A DNA stretch of 64,000 nt from positions 645,062-709,061 of the forward strand of contig CP066698.1 in NCBI GenBank assembly GCA_016432645.1, written 5' to 3'. Origin of the DNA: Candidatus Falkowbacteria bacterium (GTDB taxonomy: Bacteria; Patescibacteriota; Patescibacteriia; Patescibacteriales; UBA12465). Made by a program: the position numbers and the translations under genes. Under the pieces are notes generated by a model, which had not been told where the DNA came from, did no database searches, and saw only the letters and a list, made by a program, of their open reading frames with translations. Positions 12,067 through 22,537 of this stretch are shown here, piece after piece (positions within the stretch are counted from its first letter, which is position 1; each line of letters opens with the position of its first letter).

Positions 12067-12218
12067 CTAAGTAATCGCAAAATAGCTGATCAATTAGAAT
12101 CGCTGTTTAATATGATAAACATGAAGTTTTTGCATATTTTTCTAGGTTTTTATAGCCCTGTTAAAACTGATACCAATTATAGCTGTTTTAAAAAATATGT
12201 CAAGAGCTAATTAAATAC

Positions 12219-12249
12219 CAAAAAACGGCCTTATTTTAGCCGTTTTTTT
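12219..12249. terminator. bidirectional terminator just downstream of pilT
   Basis: aaaaa-aacggc-cttatttta-gccgtt-ttttttt. Confidence 0.7.
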
Positions 12250-12269
12250 AATACTTAAAAATAGAATTT

Positions 12270-13328
12270 TTAGTCCCCTAAAAGGCCAGGGTCCCCTAAT
12301 TGCCCCATGGCCACTTCCTTGGTAATTAAGTTATCTTTGTATAGCTGTTTAACATGTTTATCCATTGTTATCATTCCCGAAGCGCCGCCGGTTTCAATTA
12401 CGCTCTTAATCTGGGCAACTTTCCCTTCTCTAATCAAATTAGCAATCGCTGAATTGTTTAACAAAATCTCCCGAGCAGCGACGCGTCCGCCGCCGACTTT
12501 ATTCAACAAGCGCTGAGAAATAATCGCTGATAAAACAAAAGATAATTGCGACTTAATCTGGTTCTGTTGATATGGCGGGAAAATATCAATAATTCTATCA
12601 ACTGTCTGAGCGGCGCTATAAGTATGCAGGGTTGCTAAAACTAAATGCCCAGTCTCGGCTAAGGTAATCGCTGTAGAAATCGTTTCCAAATCACGCATTT
12701 CACCAATCATAATTACATTCGGATCCTGGCGCAAAGCATGCTTTAAGCCGCTGGAAAAACTAATCATATCGCTCCCTAATTGTCTTTGAGAAATGATGCT
12801 CATTTTCGGTTTAAAAATATATTCAATCGGATCTTCTAGGGTGATAATGTTAACACTGGTGTTAGCGTTAATATGATTTATCATCGCTGCCAAGGTTGTC
12901 GATTTGCCGCAGCCAGTCGGGCCAGTTACTAAAATTAAGCCTTGTTGGAGATTAAGCATCTTTTCTACTACCGGGGGCAGACCTAATTCCTCTAGGGTCG
13001 GCTCTTGCTCTTTAATAATGCGCGCCGCCAAACAAACATTATTTTTCTCAAAAGAAAAATTAACGCGATAGCGGTATTCCTCAACTTGATAGGCCAAGTC
13101 TAAGTCGCGCTTATCCATGAATCTTCTTTTTTGTTCTTTGGTTAAAATTACATCCATGACATTCTCCATTTCTACTGTATTAAGCACCGGAAAATGGCCA
13201 TCAGGAAAAACGTCATTAACATTAAATAATTCGCCATCAATCCGCAAAATCGGCTCCTGACCGACAATCATATGAATATCGGAGGCCTCTTTTTCGGCGG
13301 CGATTTTAAATAAGTTTTTAACTTCCAT
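12270..13328 (-). CDS. pilT: type IV pilus retraction ATPase PilT
   Basis: ASDIH, Walker A GPTGCGKST, ITLEDPIEY, IMIGEMRD and ETGHLVLATLHT. 352 aa. Confidence 0.9.
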   Translation of the reverse strand: MEVKNLFKIAAEKEASDIHMIVGQEPILRIDGELFNVNDVFPDGHFPVLNTVEMENVMDVILTKEQKRRFMDKRDLDLAYQVEEYRYRVNFSFEKNNVCLAARIIKEQEPTLEELGLPPVVEKMLNLQQGLILVTGPTGCGKSTTLAAMINHINANTSVNIITLEDPIEYIFKPKMSIISQRQLGSDMISFSSGLKHALRQDPNVIMIGEMRDLETISTAITLAETGHLVLATLHTYSAAQTVDRIIDIFPPYQQNQIKSQLSFVLSAIISQRLLNKVGGGRVAAREILLNNSAIANLIREGKVAQIKSVIETGGASGMITMDKHVKQLYKDNLITKEVAMGQLGDPGLLGD

Positions 13329-13343
13329 AAAAATTAAATTATT

Positions 13344-14042
13344 TTACCAACCCATTTTTTTAAGCCCCTGGGAAGCGGCGGCTACTTGGGCTTCTTGCTT
13401 AGAGGAGCCTGCGCCTGTGGCAACTTCCTCATCATCTAAATATAAGCCGACCGTAAAAACTTTGGCGTGATCCGGACCGACTTCATCTAAAATCTGATAA
13501 TGGGGAGTAACTCCGCGCACTTCTTGAGCTTTTTCTTGAAAACGAGATTTAGGATCAAGATATAAACGATTTTCCAAAATACTATCAAGCTTGCAGATAA
13601 TATGTTTTAAAATAAATTCTTTAGCCACTTCGATTCCCTGATCCAAATAAGCAGCACCGATAATGGCCTCAATCGCATTAGCTAGAATAAATTGCCGTGA
13701 TTTTTTATTTTTATCTTTAGCTTCACCCTTAGAAAGATAAAGAGCATCTTCAATTTTTAATTCTTGGGCGACTTCATAAAGCATCTTGGCATTAACCAAA
13801 GAGGCGCGCCAATTCGTTAAGTCGCCTTCCGGAACGTCTTTAAAATTTAAAAATAAATATTCCGTGACTACGATTTCCAAAACTGCATCGCCTAAGAACT
13901 CCAAACGTTCGTTGTGGCCGACCCTAAAGTCCGGGTGCTCATTAATATAAGAGCGATGGACCATAGCCTGGCGAATCAAGTCTTCATTATTAAAACTGAT
14001 GCCGAGATTATTTTGTAATTTTGTTAAACTGTTAGCTGTCAT
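13344..14042 (-). CDS. rnc: ribonuclease III
   Basis: NERLEFLGDAVL signature, EAIIGA, and a C-terminal dsRBD (GPDHAKVFTV..G.GSSKQEAQ.AA). Confidence 0.93.
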   Translation of the reverse strand: MTANSLTKLQNNLGISFNNEDLIRQAMVHRSYINEHPDFRVGHNERLEFLGDAVLEIVVTEYLFLNFKDVPEGDLTNWRASLVNAKMLYEVAQELKIEDALYLSKGEAKDKNKKSRQFILANAIEAIIGAAYLDQGIEVAKEFILKHIICKLDSILENRLYLDPKSRFQEKAQEVRGVTPHYQILDEVGPDHAKVFTVGLYLDDEEVATGAGSSKQEAQVAAASQGLKKMGW

Positions 14043-14057
14043 AAAAACATAAAGGGG

Positions 14058-14579
14058 CTAGTCTTCCGTGGCCCCTGTTTCTAAATTATCATCCGCCTTT
14101 TCTTTAGCCGCTTCCGCTTCTTTTTCTTTGGCGGCCTCCGCCTCTTCTTTATTGTCGCGCTTTTGGATTTCCGGCTCATCGCCGTAAAGCGCGCCCAAAA
14201 CTCCATTCACAAATTTACCGGAAGAATCACCGCCAAAACTCTTGGCAATTTCAATCGATTCATTAATGGCCACTCGTGGCGGAATCGGAGTGTAGCTTAA
14301 TTCGTAGATACCGAGGCGTAAGATATTACGGTCAACGGCAGTTATCTGATCAAGCGGCCATTCAGTGGCATATTTAATAATGTGTTTATCAATCTCATCT
14401 AAATGTTCAACCACGCCGGCCACGAGTCCACGCACAAAACCCCCATCATCAAAGTTGGGGGCAAAGTTAGCAAAGTTATCTTCAATTAGACTTTCTAGTC
14501 CATCATTTTTACGTCCATTAAAATCCCAGGCGAACAAGGTTTGCAGAGCAATAGTTCTAGCGAGGTGACGATTAGACAT
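14058..14579 (-). CDS. nusB: transcription antitermination factor NusB with acidic repeat tail
   Basis: [33 protein letters not shown] and FVNGVLG. The C-terminus carries AEAAKEKE twice. Confidence 0.88.
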   Translation of the reverse strand: MSNRHLARTIALQTLFAWDFNGRKNDGLESLIEDNFANFAPNFDDGGFVRGLVAGVVEHLDEIDKHIIKYATEWPLDQITAVDRNILRLGIYELSYTPIPPRVAINESIEIAKSFGGDSSGKFVNGVLGALYGDEPEIQKRDNKEEAEAAKEKEAEAAKEKADDNLETGATED

Positions 14580-14582
14580 AAA

Positions 14583-14780
14583 TTATTTCTTCTTGACCGC
14601 TTTGGTCTTTGGTTTAGTAACCTCCTTACTTTTATATGTGCCGCAGAAAGCGCAAACAGTATGAGGCTTTCTCATCTCGCCGCATTTCGGGCATTTAGTA
14701 AGACTTACTTTTTTAAGAGCCAAATGAGCGCGACCGGTATGGGTCTTGCTATGGGTCTTCTTTTTCTTAGGATTAGCCAT
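14583..14780 (-). CDS. rpmF: 50S ribosomal protein L32
   Basis: MANPKKKKTHSK..R.H, then a CPKCGE..CAFCG zinc ribbon. 65 aa. Confidence 0.9.
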   Translation of the reverse strand: MANPKKKKTHSKTHTGRAHLALKKVSLTKCPKCGEMRKPHTVCAFCGTYKSKEVTKPKTKAVKKK

Positions 14781-14849
14781 ATAAATTTTTAATTATTACA
14801 ATTTTAGTATAACGTAAAGCCAATATTAGTCAATAAAGAAAACAAAAAA

Positions 14850-16679
14850 CTAAACATTAGCCGGCTTAGGGCCAACAATTTTATCAAACTCATCTTTCTC
14901 TAAAGTTTCTTTTTCTAAAAGGGCAGCGACAATCGCTTCGAGCTCCTGTTTCTTACTGCGAATAATTTTTTCCGCCTTATCAAAACCTTGTTTTATAAAG
15001 CCGCTGATTTCTTCATCAATTTTCTCAGCTACCTTTTCGCTATAATCGCGTTGTTCATGGATTTCGCGTCCCAAGAAAATCATTTCCTCTTTCTGACCGT
15101 AAGTGCGCGGACCAAGATGATCACTCATCCCGTAATCAGTTACTAAACTACGCGCCAAAGAAGTGGCCCGCCGTAAATCAGAAGTGGCCCCAGTGGTAAC
15201 TTCTGAAAAAATTTCTTTTTCGACTGTATGTCCGGCCAGTAAAACAGCAATTTCCGATATAAACTCGGACTTGGCGTGCATATGCCGATCTTCAAGCGGC
15301 GCTTTAAGCGTATAGCCGCCGGCTGAACCGCGGGAAATAATGGAAATTTTATGAACTGGATCAGCGTCCGGCAAAAAATGCGCTACCAGTGCGTGCCCCG
15401 CTTCGTGATAAGCAGTAATCTTTTTTTCTTTATCAGTAATAATTCGGCTTTTGCGTTCCGGGCCAATCATCACTTTTTCAATCGCCTCAAATAAATCTTC
15501 ATTGACAATTTCTTTCTTGCCCTGACGCGCCGCTAAGATGGCCGCTTCGTTTAAAATGTTAGCCAAGTCGGCGCCCGAAAAACCGGAAGTTCGTTCAGCA
15601 ATTTTTTTCAACTCCACGTTGGCTCCCAATGGTTTTTTACGCGCATGAACCAGTAAAATATCTTCACGATCTTTTAAGTCAGGTAAATCAATCATCACCC
15701 GTCTATCAAAACGTCCCGGACGCAGCAGGGCTGGATCTAAAACATCAGGCCGATTAGTCGCGGCGATGACAATAATATTTTGCGTCGGCTCAAAACCGTC
15801 CATCTCCACTAAGATTTGATTTAAAGTTTGTTCACGTTCATCATGGCTGCCTCCTAAACCGGAACCGCGACGGCGGCCGACAGCGTCAATTTCATCAATA
15901 AAAACAATACAGGGTGCGCTTTTTTTTGCTTTTTCAAACAAAGAGCGCACGCGTGAAGCGCCGACACCGACAAACATCTCCACAAATTCCGAACCGGACA
16001 TATGGAAAAATGGCACCTGTGCTTCCCCAGCTACCGAACGAGCCAATAAAGTTTTTCCGGTTCCCGGAGAGCCTAACAACAAAACCCCGCGCGGAATTTT
16101 TGCCCCTAGTTCATGGAATTTTTTCGGGAAGCGTAAAAATTCCACCACCTCTTTTAATTCTTCTTTGGCTTCTTTAGCGCCAGCGACATCTTTGAAGGTC
16201 GTCCGATTTTTATCATCCGGCTTAAAGTCTTTAGCGGTTGATTGCCCAAAACTCATGGCCCGAGAATTGGAGCCTTGAACGCCGCGCATCATAAAGAAAA
16301 AGAAACCGCCGATAATCAATAATGGCAATAAGAAAGGCAAAATATTAACTAAAAAATAATCCCAGCCGCTTTCATCTTTGATGGAAATTTTAATATCCGC
16401 TAATTTAGCTGGCTCAACTCCCAAGTTGCTTAAAAGCGTGCTCAAAGATTCCGTCGGCTCTTTTCTGGTTACTTCCTGTTTGCCGTCTTTTAAGGTGGCG
16501 GTAATTTTGTCGCCGCTAACAACAATCTCTGAAACATTGGCTTGATTAATCCCACTCACTAAAGCCTCAATACCTACGGCTTCACTTTTAACGGCATTAT
16601 TGGAAAAAGCACTAAAAATAGCCGCGATTATAAAGAAAATCGCTAAAAAAAGTAAAAAATTTCTTATTAGTTTTGTCAT
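14850..16679 (-). CDS. ftsH: ATP-dependent zinc metalloprotease FtsH
   Basis: Two TM segments, AAA+ [37 protein letters not shown], and the HEAGHA zinc site. Confidence 0.97.
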   Translation of the reverse strand: MTKLIRNFLLFLAIFFIIAAIFSAFSNNAVKSEAVGIEALVSGINQANVSEIVVSGDKITATLKDGKQEVTRKEPTESLSTLLSNLGVEPAKLADIKISIKDESGWDYFLVNILPFLLPLLIIGGFFFFMMRGVQGSNSRAMSFGQSTAKDFKPDDKNRTTFKDVAGAKEAKEELKEVVEFLRFPKKFHELGAKIPRGVLLLGSPGTGKTLLARSVAGEAQVPFFHMSGSEFVEMFVGVGASRVRSLFEKAKKSAPCIVFIDEIDAVGRRRGSGLGGSHDEREQTLNQILVEMDGFEPTQNIIVIAATNRPDVLDPALLRPGRFDRRVMIDLPDLKDREDILLVHARKKPLGANVELKKIAERTSGFSGADLANILNEAAILAARQGKKEIVNEDLFEAIEKVMIGPERKSRIITDKEKKITAYHEAGHALVAHFLPDADPVHKISIISRGSAGGYTLKAPLEDRHMHAKSEFISEIAVLLAGHTVEKEIFSEVTTGATSDLRRATSLARSLVTDYGMSDHLGPRTYGQKEEMIFLGREIHEQRDYSEKVAEKIDEEISGFIKQGFDKAEKIIRSKKQELEAIVAALLEKETLEKDEFDKIVGPKPANV

Positions 16680-16802
16680 GTGTTTAGTCTTAAATGATTA
16701 TCTCTATTATAGGCGGAAACCGGCTGTTTGGCAAACCTTAAGGTTTAATAAAAATTCCCCGAAGAGCGAGGAATTTTTATTTTATTTAAACTAGGAAAAT
16801 TA

Positions 16803-18035
16803 TTATTCTGCTTTAGCGGTTTTTTTCTTGGCAACTTTTTTTTCTTTAGTTTTTTTCTCGTCGGTTTTTTCTTCGGCTTCAGCTACTTCTTCCTTTTCCT
16901 CCTTTTCAGCCTTCTTGGTTTTCTTGCCATCAGCTAATTTTAAACCTAAGCGATGTTCTGACGGAGAAACGCTCACGATTTCAAAATCACGAACCTCGTC
17001 GCTCTTAAAGAGCTCGGTAATTTTTTCCTTAACACCTAAATTTAATTGGCTGATATGAGCCAAGCCATGAATTTCTTCATCTAACTTAATGAATAAGCCG
17101 AAAGGATTAACTTTCAAGATAGTACCAGGAACAACTTGGCCGGCCTTATACTTAGCGCTGGCTTCTAACCATGGATCCTTTAATAATTTCTTAGCGCTCA
17201 AGAAAACTTTGGCGCCATCAATAGAAATAATTTCTGCTTTAATTTCGTCATTAACTTTGTACATCTCGCTCGGAGAATCAATTCTCTGCCAGGCTAATTC
17301 CGAAATATGGATTAAACCTTCAATACCTTCACCGAAAGAAACAAAGACGCCGAAATTGGTAATAGCAGTAATTTTACCGGCAACTTCCATGCCCACGCTA
17401 TATTTATCCAGCGCTGGCTTTTGTCTCTTGTTCCAAACATCTTTTTCGCTGAAAATAATCTTATTCTCTTCTTCATTCAAAGTCATAACCGTAACTTCAA
17501 ACTCTTGGCCGACAAAAGATTTTAATTTTTCTAAAATTCGGCTCTTATCGCCGCCGGAAATACGCGGATAATTTTCAGGGGCTAACTGGGAAACCGGTAA
17601 AAAGCCATCGATTTGGCAATAACGGCTAAGTAATCCGCCTTTATTAGCATCAACAATCTTAACTTTAACAGTAGTTTTGTCTTTAAGCGCCTGGCGTAAA
17701 TTAAGCCAAGCTTTTTCTTGTCCAACTAAGCGGAAAGAAAGTTCCAACTCGCCATTTTCATTTTCTTCATCAACCACCGCGGCTTCAACTTCGTCACCCG
17801 GCTTAAGTTCGGAATATTCAGGGACTTCATTATAAAGTTCCGGACCACGAACTACGCCCATTAAAACACCGGCCACGTCTAATTTAACTTCAGCCTTAGA
17901 AGCGGTAATAACGGTCGCCTTGATAATATCGCCCGCTTGCGGGATTTTAATATCATCTTTTTCTAACAATTTACCAAAATCAGCGTCTTGGTCTAAATTT
18001 TTGTCTTCCATATTTATAAAGCCAACTTTTTTCAT
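16803..18035 (-). CDS. rpsA: 30S ribosomal protein S1 (four S1 domains) with Lys/Glu-rich tail
   Basis: Repeated S1-domain pattern (G.I..G.V......G..V......GL.H.SE). 410 aa. The start could also be the internal Met9. Confidence 0.85.
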   Translation of the reverse strand: MKKVGFINMEDKNLDQDADFGKLLEKDDIKIPQAGDIIKATVITASKAEVKLDVAGVLMGVVRGPELYNEVPEYSELKPGDEVEAAVVDEENENGELELSFRLVGQEKAWLNLRQALKDKTTVKVKIVDANKGGLLSRYCQIDGFLPVSQLAPENYPRISGGDKSRILEKLKSFVGQEFEVTVMTLNEEENKIIFSEKDVWNKRQKPALDKYSVGMEVAGKITAITNFGVFVSFGEGIEGLIHISELAWQRIDSPSEMYKVNDEIKAEIISIDGAKVFLSAKKLLKDPWLEASAKYKAGQVVPGTILKVNPFGLFIKLDEEIHGLAHISQLNLGVKEKITELFKSDEVRDFEIVSVSPSEHRLGLKLADGKKTKKAEKEEKEEVAEAEEKTDEKKTKEKKVAKKKTAKAE

Positions 18036-18164
18036 TTTTAATTAATGCCAACAAAAAAAGCGTGCTTAACCCCATAGTGATGGAGCTCTTCGGCCACCTA
18101 AGTAGAGCTTGCTAGCTGCTACCCGAAGATATTTATTAAAGGTGGAATATTTATTTGTACTAGT

Positions 18165-18193
18165 AGTTTAAACGATTTATTTGATTTTGTCAA
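18165..18193 (-). promoter_or_regulatory. sigma70-type promoter for rpsA
   Basis: Minus strand TTGACA (18193-18188), 17 nt, TAAACT (18170-18165). It leaves a leader of about 120 nt. Confidence 0.5.
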
Positions 18194-18195
18194 TA

Positions 18196-18399
18196 CTAAT
18201 CTAAAGACTTAAAATAATCACAATGGCCCTCCGGAGAAATCTCGCCATTTTCCGCTAACAATTCTTCAAAGGTTTTTTCACTAGAAGTAACGCAAACATA
18301 TTTTCCGTCCTGTCCATAAAAACTAGCACAATGCTGGCACTGCGTCGCTTCATTACCCCACTCATTAACATATTCGCTATCTAAGCTGCGTTCTGACAT
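18196..18399 (-). CDS. small Cys-rich protein (C-x2-C ... C ... C), possible metal/FeS binder
   Basis: 67 aa with CQHCASFYG..YVCV..GHCDYF. The spacing is reminiscent of HiPIP-type clusters, but there is no signal peptide. Confidence 0.45.
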   Translation of the reverse strand: MSERSLDSEYVNEWGNEATQCQHCASFYGQDGKYVCVTSSEKTFEELLAENGEISPEGHCDYFKSLD

Positions 18400-18527
18400 A
18401 TAATTATAATTTATTTTATTAAAATAATTATATCATTTAATAAAGCCGGCGCAAGCCATCATTAAAAATACTAAGCCAAGAAAAAAGCGCCAAGTTTCCT
18501 TGACGCTTCGCAATCACAAAAAATTTC

Positions 18528-19298
18528 TCAGTTTTTTTCACGAGTCCGGATAATTTCCGGGGGCCGAAGATTTACTTCAATTTTTTTCGCATCGGCGAAA
18601 AGATGACCGAAGATAAGGTCGGGCTTAAACCACTTTTGTTCTAATTCTTTAGCTTTCAGTTTCTTTTGCTGCCAGGCGATAATATCATCGCGAACTAATT
18701 CGCGGCGATCGGACAAGAATTTGGCCAAGATTTTTTCCAGCGATTTATTAAAGTGAAAACAATTTCTATTTCTCCAAATGCCACTGCGTGCCTGAATCAT
18801 TTCTTCCAAATCTTCCGCCTGAAAATCTCCGTTTAAAATAAACTTAAGTTCCAAAACGATAAATGCTAAAAGTTTACCATTCATCGGAAAGATTACATGC
18901 AGTTCCAATTCTCGCTCCCGGTTATTTTCGCTCATATCCCAAAATTCCGGAAAAATAATTTCCGCATAAGGAACTTTGCCCCAAAGCGGCTTACGATAAA
19001 TTACCGCAGCATCCTGAATACCATCCGGCTTGATTAAAACAATCCGTCTTTTCATATTATAGAAATAGGTCATAAAAAAGAACGGCACCATAATATTTAA
19101 AACGGCGATAGCAAGCATTGCCCAAAACACCCAAGTCATCAAATCGTTTGTCAAAAAATCTTGAAAATCAGGAACGTCTTTAGAAAACGCGAGTAAAATT
19201 AAAACCGGGATAAAGATGGGCAAAAAAATCAGCCACAAAACGGCGATTATCGGGTTTTCAGCAACCAAAATAAAATACTTTTGTAAAAGCTTTTTCAT
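18528..19298 (-). CDS. 2-TM membrane protein, paralogue A of a three-member family in this window
   Basis: Shares YRKPLWGKVPYAEIIFPEFWD, LELKFILNGDFQAEDLEEMI and a C-terminal ..KKIEVNL.. block with 19471..20257 and 24622..25380. Confidence 0.7.
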   Translation of the reverse strand: MKKLLQKYFILVAENPIIAVLWLIFLPIFIPVLILLAFSKDVPDFQDFLTNDLMTWVFWAMLAIAVLNIMVPFFFMTYFYNMKRRIVLIKPDGIQDAAVIYRKPLWGKVPYAEIIFPEFWDMSENNRERELELHVIFPMNGKLLAFIVLELKFILNGDFQAEDLEEMIQARSGIWRNRNCFHFNKSLEKILAKFLSDRRELVRDDIIAWQQKKLKAKELEQKWFKPDLIFGHLFADAKKIEVNLRPPEIIRTREKN

Positions 19299-19365
19299 GA
19301 TACTTTGTTTATGAAGGTTAATACTAATTAATTCCTTATTTGTTAAAGAGTGAATTTAACATTTT

Positions 19366-19394
19366 AGATTAACACAATAGTTTTTCTCGGTCAA
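19366..19394 (-). promoter_or_regulatory. promoter of paralogue A (TTGACC-N17-TAATCT)
   Basis: Minus strand ttgacc-gagaaaaactattgtgt-taatct. The 19-mer tgtgttaatctaaaatgtt is identical to the one upstream of paralogue C. Confidence 0.6.
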
Positions 19395-19405
19395 TAAAAG
19401 GCAAA

Positions 19406-19441
19406 TAAAAAGACTCGCTTACCTAATAAGGAAACGAGTCT
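19406..19441 (-). terminator. terminator of paralogue B
   Basis: Minus strand agactcg..cgagtct hairpin followed by ttttt. Confidence 0.6.
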
Positions 19442-19470
19442 CAATATCTGTGTCCAAGTGGACAAATGTT

Positions 19471-20257
19471 TTAGAGAACAGCAGCAGCTCTGTTAAGTGG
19501 GAACATTTGAACCGTTGGGTTCGTTTTTATCATTCTTTGAACCGCGGTCAGATTCAATTCCATTTTTTTCACATTCGTGAAGAGGTCAGGAATTTTAACC
19601 ATTTGTAGAACACCATTTTCTAATAACTTTAAATTTATTTGCCCCAGATGGTAATCGGTGAGCAAAAATTTAATTGAATGGTGATTGCGCCGGCAATCGG
19701 CAACGAGAAAGTCCTGTAGACAATCAATGAATTCAAATTTTGTTTGATTTGGAAACTTTGCTTTTTGTGAAACAATTAATTTTTCCAAATCTTGAGCTTT
19801 GAACTCGCCGAAAACTTCAGCCTTAAGATCAAATTGTAATAGGAAAATTTCCTGTGACGAAATGGCCAAGCCAATCAACAAAGAAGTTTGATGCTGGCCA
19901 ATCGTATGAGTCACATCCCAGTCATCCGGGAAAATAATTTCTACAAACGGAACCTTTTTAAAAATTGGTCGATTGTAGATTTTCACTTTTCCGCCATAAT
20001 ACAACAGCGGAATGCGGTGCTTATTTCTGGAAAACCAGGTAACAAATAGTTTGGTAGCCGTCAGATGGGCAATACCCAAAATGGCCAGTGCCAAAAAAAA
20101 AGAATTTGGCAACTTTTGTTACCATGAGGTAATCCCGAAAGATTGCAGAGATGGCCATCATAACAATGGCAAAAAGGAAAACAACTATCGTGGCCGACAG
20201 CAAAGGTTGTTCAACTACGATTAACGAAGCAAGTCTCAATTTCAAATTTGTTTTCAT
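19471..20257 (-). pseudogene. paralogue B, reading frame broken at a T9 (coding-strand) homopolymer
   Basis: ORF 20021..20257 encodes the N-terminal TM1 segment. ORF 19471..20112 encodes TM2 plus the conserved domain (IYNRPIFKKVPFVEIIFPDDWD). The frames switch at A9 on the plus strand, 20093-20101, and T8 would give one ORF of about 260 aa. Confidence 0.7.
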
Positions 20258-20468
20258 GATTGCTAATTTTTAAGTTTATATTCGATGAATTGTAAAATTT
20301 ACCTGGAGCATACAGATGAACTTAACAATTAATCCAATCCTTTATGTTAAAGAGCGACTTTATAATAATATTAACATAAACTATTTTTTTAGCAAAAATA
20401 TTTAAGTTATATTAAAAAAAGAATCTTATAATTATACCACGAGAAGTGTAATTTGTCAATAATAGTGA

Positions 20469-20497
20469 TTGACACCCCCAACCATAAGTTTTAAGAT
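20469..20497 (+). promoter_or_regulatory. sigma70-type promoter for 20546..21070
   Basis: TTGACA, 17 nt, TAAGAT, 49 nt upstream of the ATG. Confidence 0.45.
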
Positions 20498-20545
20498 AAG
20501 CTGTTAAACAAATAGATCTTTAAAATAACTATTAAAACTAACGCC

Positions 20546-21070
20546 ATGGAACTTGAAGGCTTACACGAATGCCGGCTGGTAATTAGCCGCGTTCCCGAAC
20601 TACTGATTGCCGCTTTAGAGGCAATGACTCTCTCCTGGCTGGAAAACAGCAGCAACTTAGGGGCGACAAACATCCAATTAATGACAGTTGATGATTATCA
20701 AAAATTGGAACATCCCTACCGCGGCGCGCACCCTTTTCTCTGCTGCTATCCAGAACGAAACGGCAGCCGGCCACCAACAAGCGGCTTTCACGAGCCGCAA
20801 CCATTATTTGAATCTCGTAATTATGAGCATTTAACAAATGACTACAAAAAACTGGTCATGATGAACAAGCTAAAAAGCTTGATTAACAGCCATGATTTTA
20901 TGTCCAAACAAGTTGATAAATACGAGAGTGTTTATGGCCAAATTGTGCCCGCTCTGAGCCCAGAAGAAAGACTACAAAAAACTTTTATTCTGGAATTCAG
21001 TGACAACTACGAAAATTCCTTCCTCAGCATCTCCTTGGCTAAACAGCCAACCAGAAATCGCTGGGACTAA
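20546..21070 (+). CDS. hypothetical protein, 174 aa
   Basis: ORF with its own promoter and a shared terminator. The first half is locally GC-richer. No motif recognised. Confidence 0.5.
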   Translation: MELEGLHECRLVISRVPELLIAALEAMTLSWLENSSNLGATNIQLMTVDDYQKLEHPYRGAHPFLCCYPERNGSRPPTSGFHEPQPLFESRNYEHLTNDYKKLVMMNKLKSLINSHDFMSKQVDKYESVYGQIVPALSPEERLQKTFILEFSDNYENSFLSISLAKQPTRNRWD

Positions 21071-21104
21071 AAAAGACGGAACCTAAAAAATTCCGTCTTT
21101 TTTC
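21069..21104. terminator. bidirectional terminator
   Basis: aaaa-agacggaa-cctaaaaaa-ttccgtct-ttttt. Confidence 0.75.
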
Positions 21105-21123
21105 TTTTCTTTTTTATTAAAAT

Positions 21124-21894
21124 CTAATCAAGTTTACACTTTACCAACACCGAACGGTGATCGGAAATATATTTCCCTAAAATCGCCTTAGAAGCTTTGA
21201 GTCCGCGAATAAAAAACCAATCTAATTTTAAGTGAAAAATTTCCCAGCGGATGCTAAAAACTGACCAAGTCGTCCGCTTAATATCGGTCATGTCTTTAAA
21301 GCCGCCGCCATTAATTATTTTTAAAAATGGATAGCGCTCATCTTTTAAATAATCCTCGCTTCCCCTCAACAAACTAGCAGCCGGAACGCGATGAAACCGC
21401 TGCACAAATTTACGTCCGAAACCAGCAGCGGGGACAACTGTGTTAAAATCACCGCAAATAATCGCGGGGCCGATGAATTTCTTGGCATCGGCAAGAATAA
21501 ATTTTAGAGCCGCCGCTCTTTCTTTAGGGCCGATATCATGAATCTCAAAATGACAATTATAAATTTTTAAAACTTTATTGCCAATTTCCAGATTGGCCCA
21601 GAGCACTTCACCGGAAATCCTATCTAAAAACGAGGGGCAATTAATTTGTCCGCTGCTTATAATTTTAAATTTGCTTAAAATAACATTAATGCCGTTTTTA
21701 TCCTCCGGCGAAAAAACATAATTATATTTATGAGCCTCTTTAAAATAATCAAGCTCATCAATAATCGTTTCTCCTTCTTGCAAACAAATAATGTCGGCGT
21801 TTATTTTTTCAAGCGCCGGTTTTACTTTTTTGAAAAGAGTATGGGTATAATATTTTTTACCTTGGATATTCCAATCCAGAACCGAGAAAGTCAT
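21124..21894 (-). CDS. endonuclease/exonuclease/phosphatase (EEP) family protein
   Basis: LDWNIQG, ADIICLQE, CGDFN and SDHRSV motifs in canonical order. Confidence 0.8.
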   Translation of the reverse strand: MTFSVLDWNIQGKKYYTHTLFKKVKPALEKINADIICLQEGETIIDELDYFKEAHKYNYVFSPEDKNGINVILSKFKIISSGQINCPSFLDRISGEVLWANLEIGNKVLKIYNCHFEIHDIGPKERAAALKFILADAKKFIGPAIICGDFNTVVPAAGFGRKFVQRFHRVPAASLLRGSEDYLKDERYPFLKIINGGGFKDMTDIKRTTWSVFSIRWEIFHLKLDWFFIRGLKASKAILGKYISDHRSVLVKCKLD

Positions 21895-22536
21895 TTATTT
21901 ATGTTTAACTTCCACGATACGATACCAATCATTCTCAACTTGGACATACTGGCAGTCATTAAGAAGAATAAATTTGTTTTTAACTTTATAATTAAAGGCT
22001 AATCTTTGATTCAGATATCTTTCCTTAAAATGTTCGCTCCCCCAATGCGGAAAAACTACAAAATCCACTAGACTCAGGCCTCGATAGCCTTTCAGTTTTT
22101 TAGCGACATTAGCTTTATCTAAATTATAAACCGGATAAACATCCGGCCCGGCAATGATAGAGCCGGCGCTGGTGCCAATATAAATTTTACCGGCCTTAAC
22201 AGCCGCTCTAAAAACCGACAAAGAATTAGAAAGTTGGAGCTGTTGCAACAGATAAAAAGTATTGCCGCCGCTAAAATAAATAACATCAGCCTGTTTGACG
22301 GCCGCCGCCACCGCGGCTTTCTTTTTGCCGGTGACCGTATATTCCGCCACCTTAAACCCTGCTTTAATCAAAGCATTGCAATCACGGGTTTGCCAAGAAG
22401 TGTCTTTTTCGTTTTCGGCTGCGGTAGAAATAAAAAGAAGCTTTTTATTCTTAGCGCCGCCAATTTTCTTAGCAATATCACGCGCCACCGCATGCACGCT
22501 GGAAGTTAAAAAAATGCGTTTCGTAATTTTTGCCAT
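21895..22536 (-). CDS. peptidase S51 (peptidase E / type-1 glutamine amidotransferase-like)
   Basis: FSGGNTFYLLQQL and the nucleophile motif GTSAGSII. The stop codon abuts the ATG of the EEP gene. Confidence 0.75.
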   Translation of the reverse strand: MAKITKRIFLTSSVHAVARDIAKKIGGAKNKKLLFISTAAENEKDTSWQTRDCNALIKAGFKVAEYTVTGKKKAAVAAAVKQADVIYFSGGNTFYLLQQLQLSNSLSVFRAAVKAGKIYIGTSAGSIIAGPDVYPVYNLDKANVAKKLKGYRGLSLVDFVVFPHWGSEHFKERYLNQRLAFNYKVKNKFILLNDCQYVQVENDWYRIVEVKHK

Positions 22537-22537
22537 A

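Noticed and set aside
18058-18130. The GC-rich structured segment upstream of rpsA, considered as SRP (4.5S) RNA or another housekeeping ncRNA.
   Set aside because: It lacks the conserved domain IV features (GNRA/GGAA tetraloop closing a helix with the AGCA/GGAA symmetric-loop motifs). It sits between a promoter and the rpsA start, so a cis-acting leader is the simpler reading.
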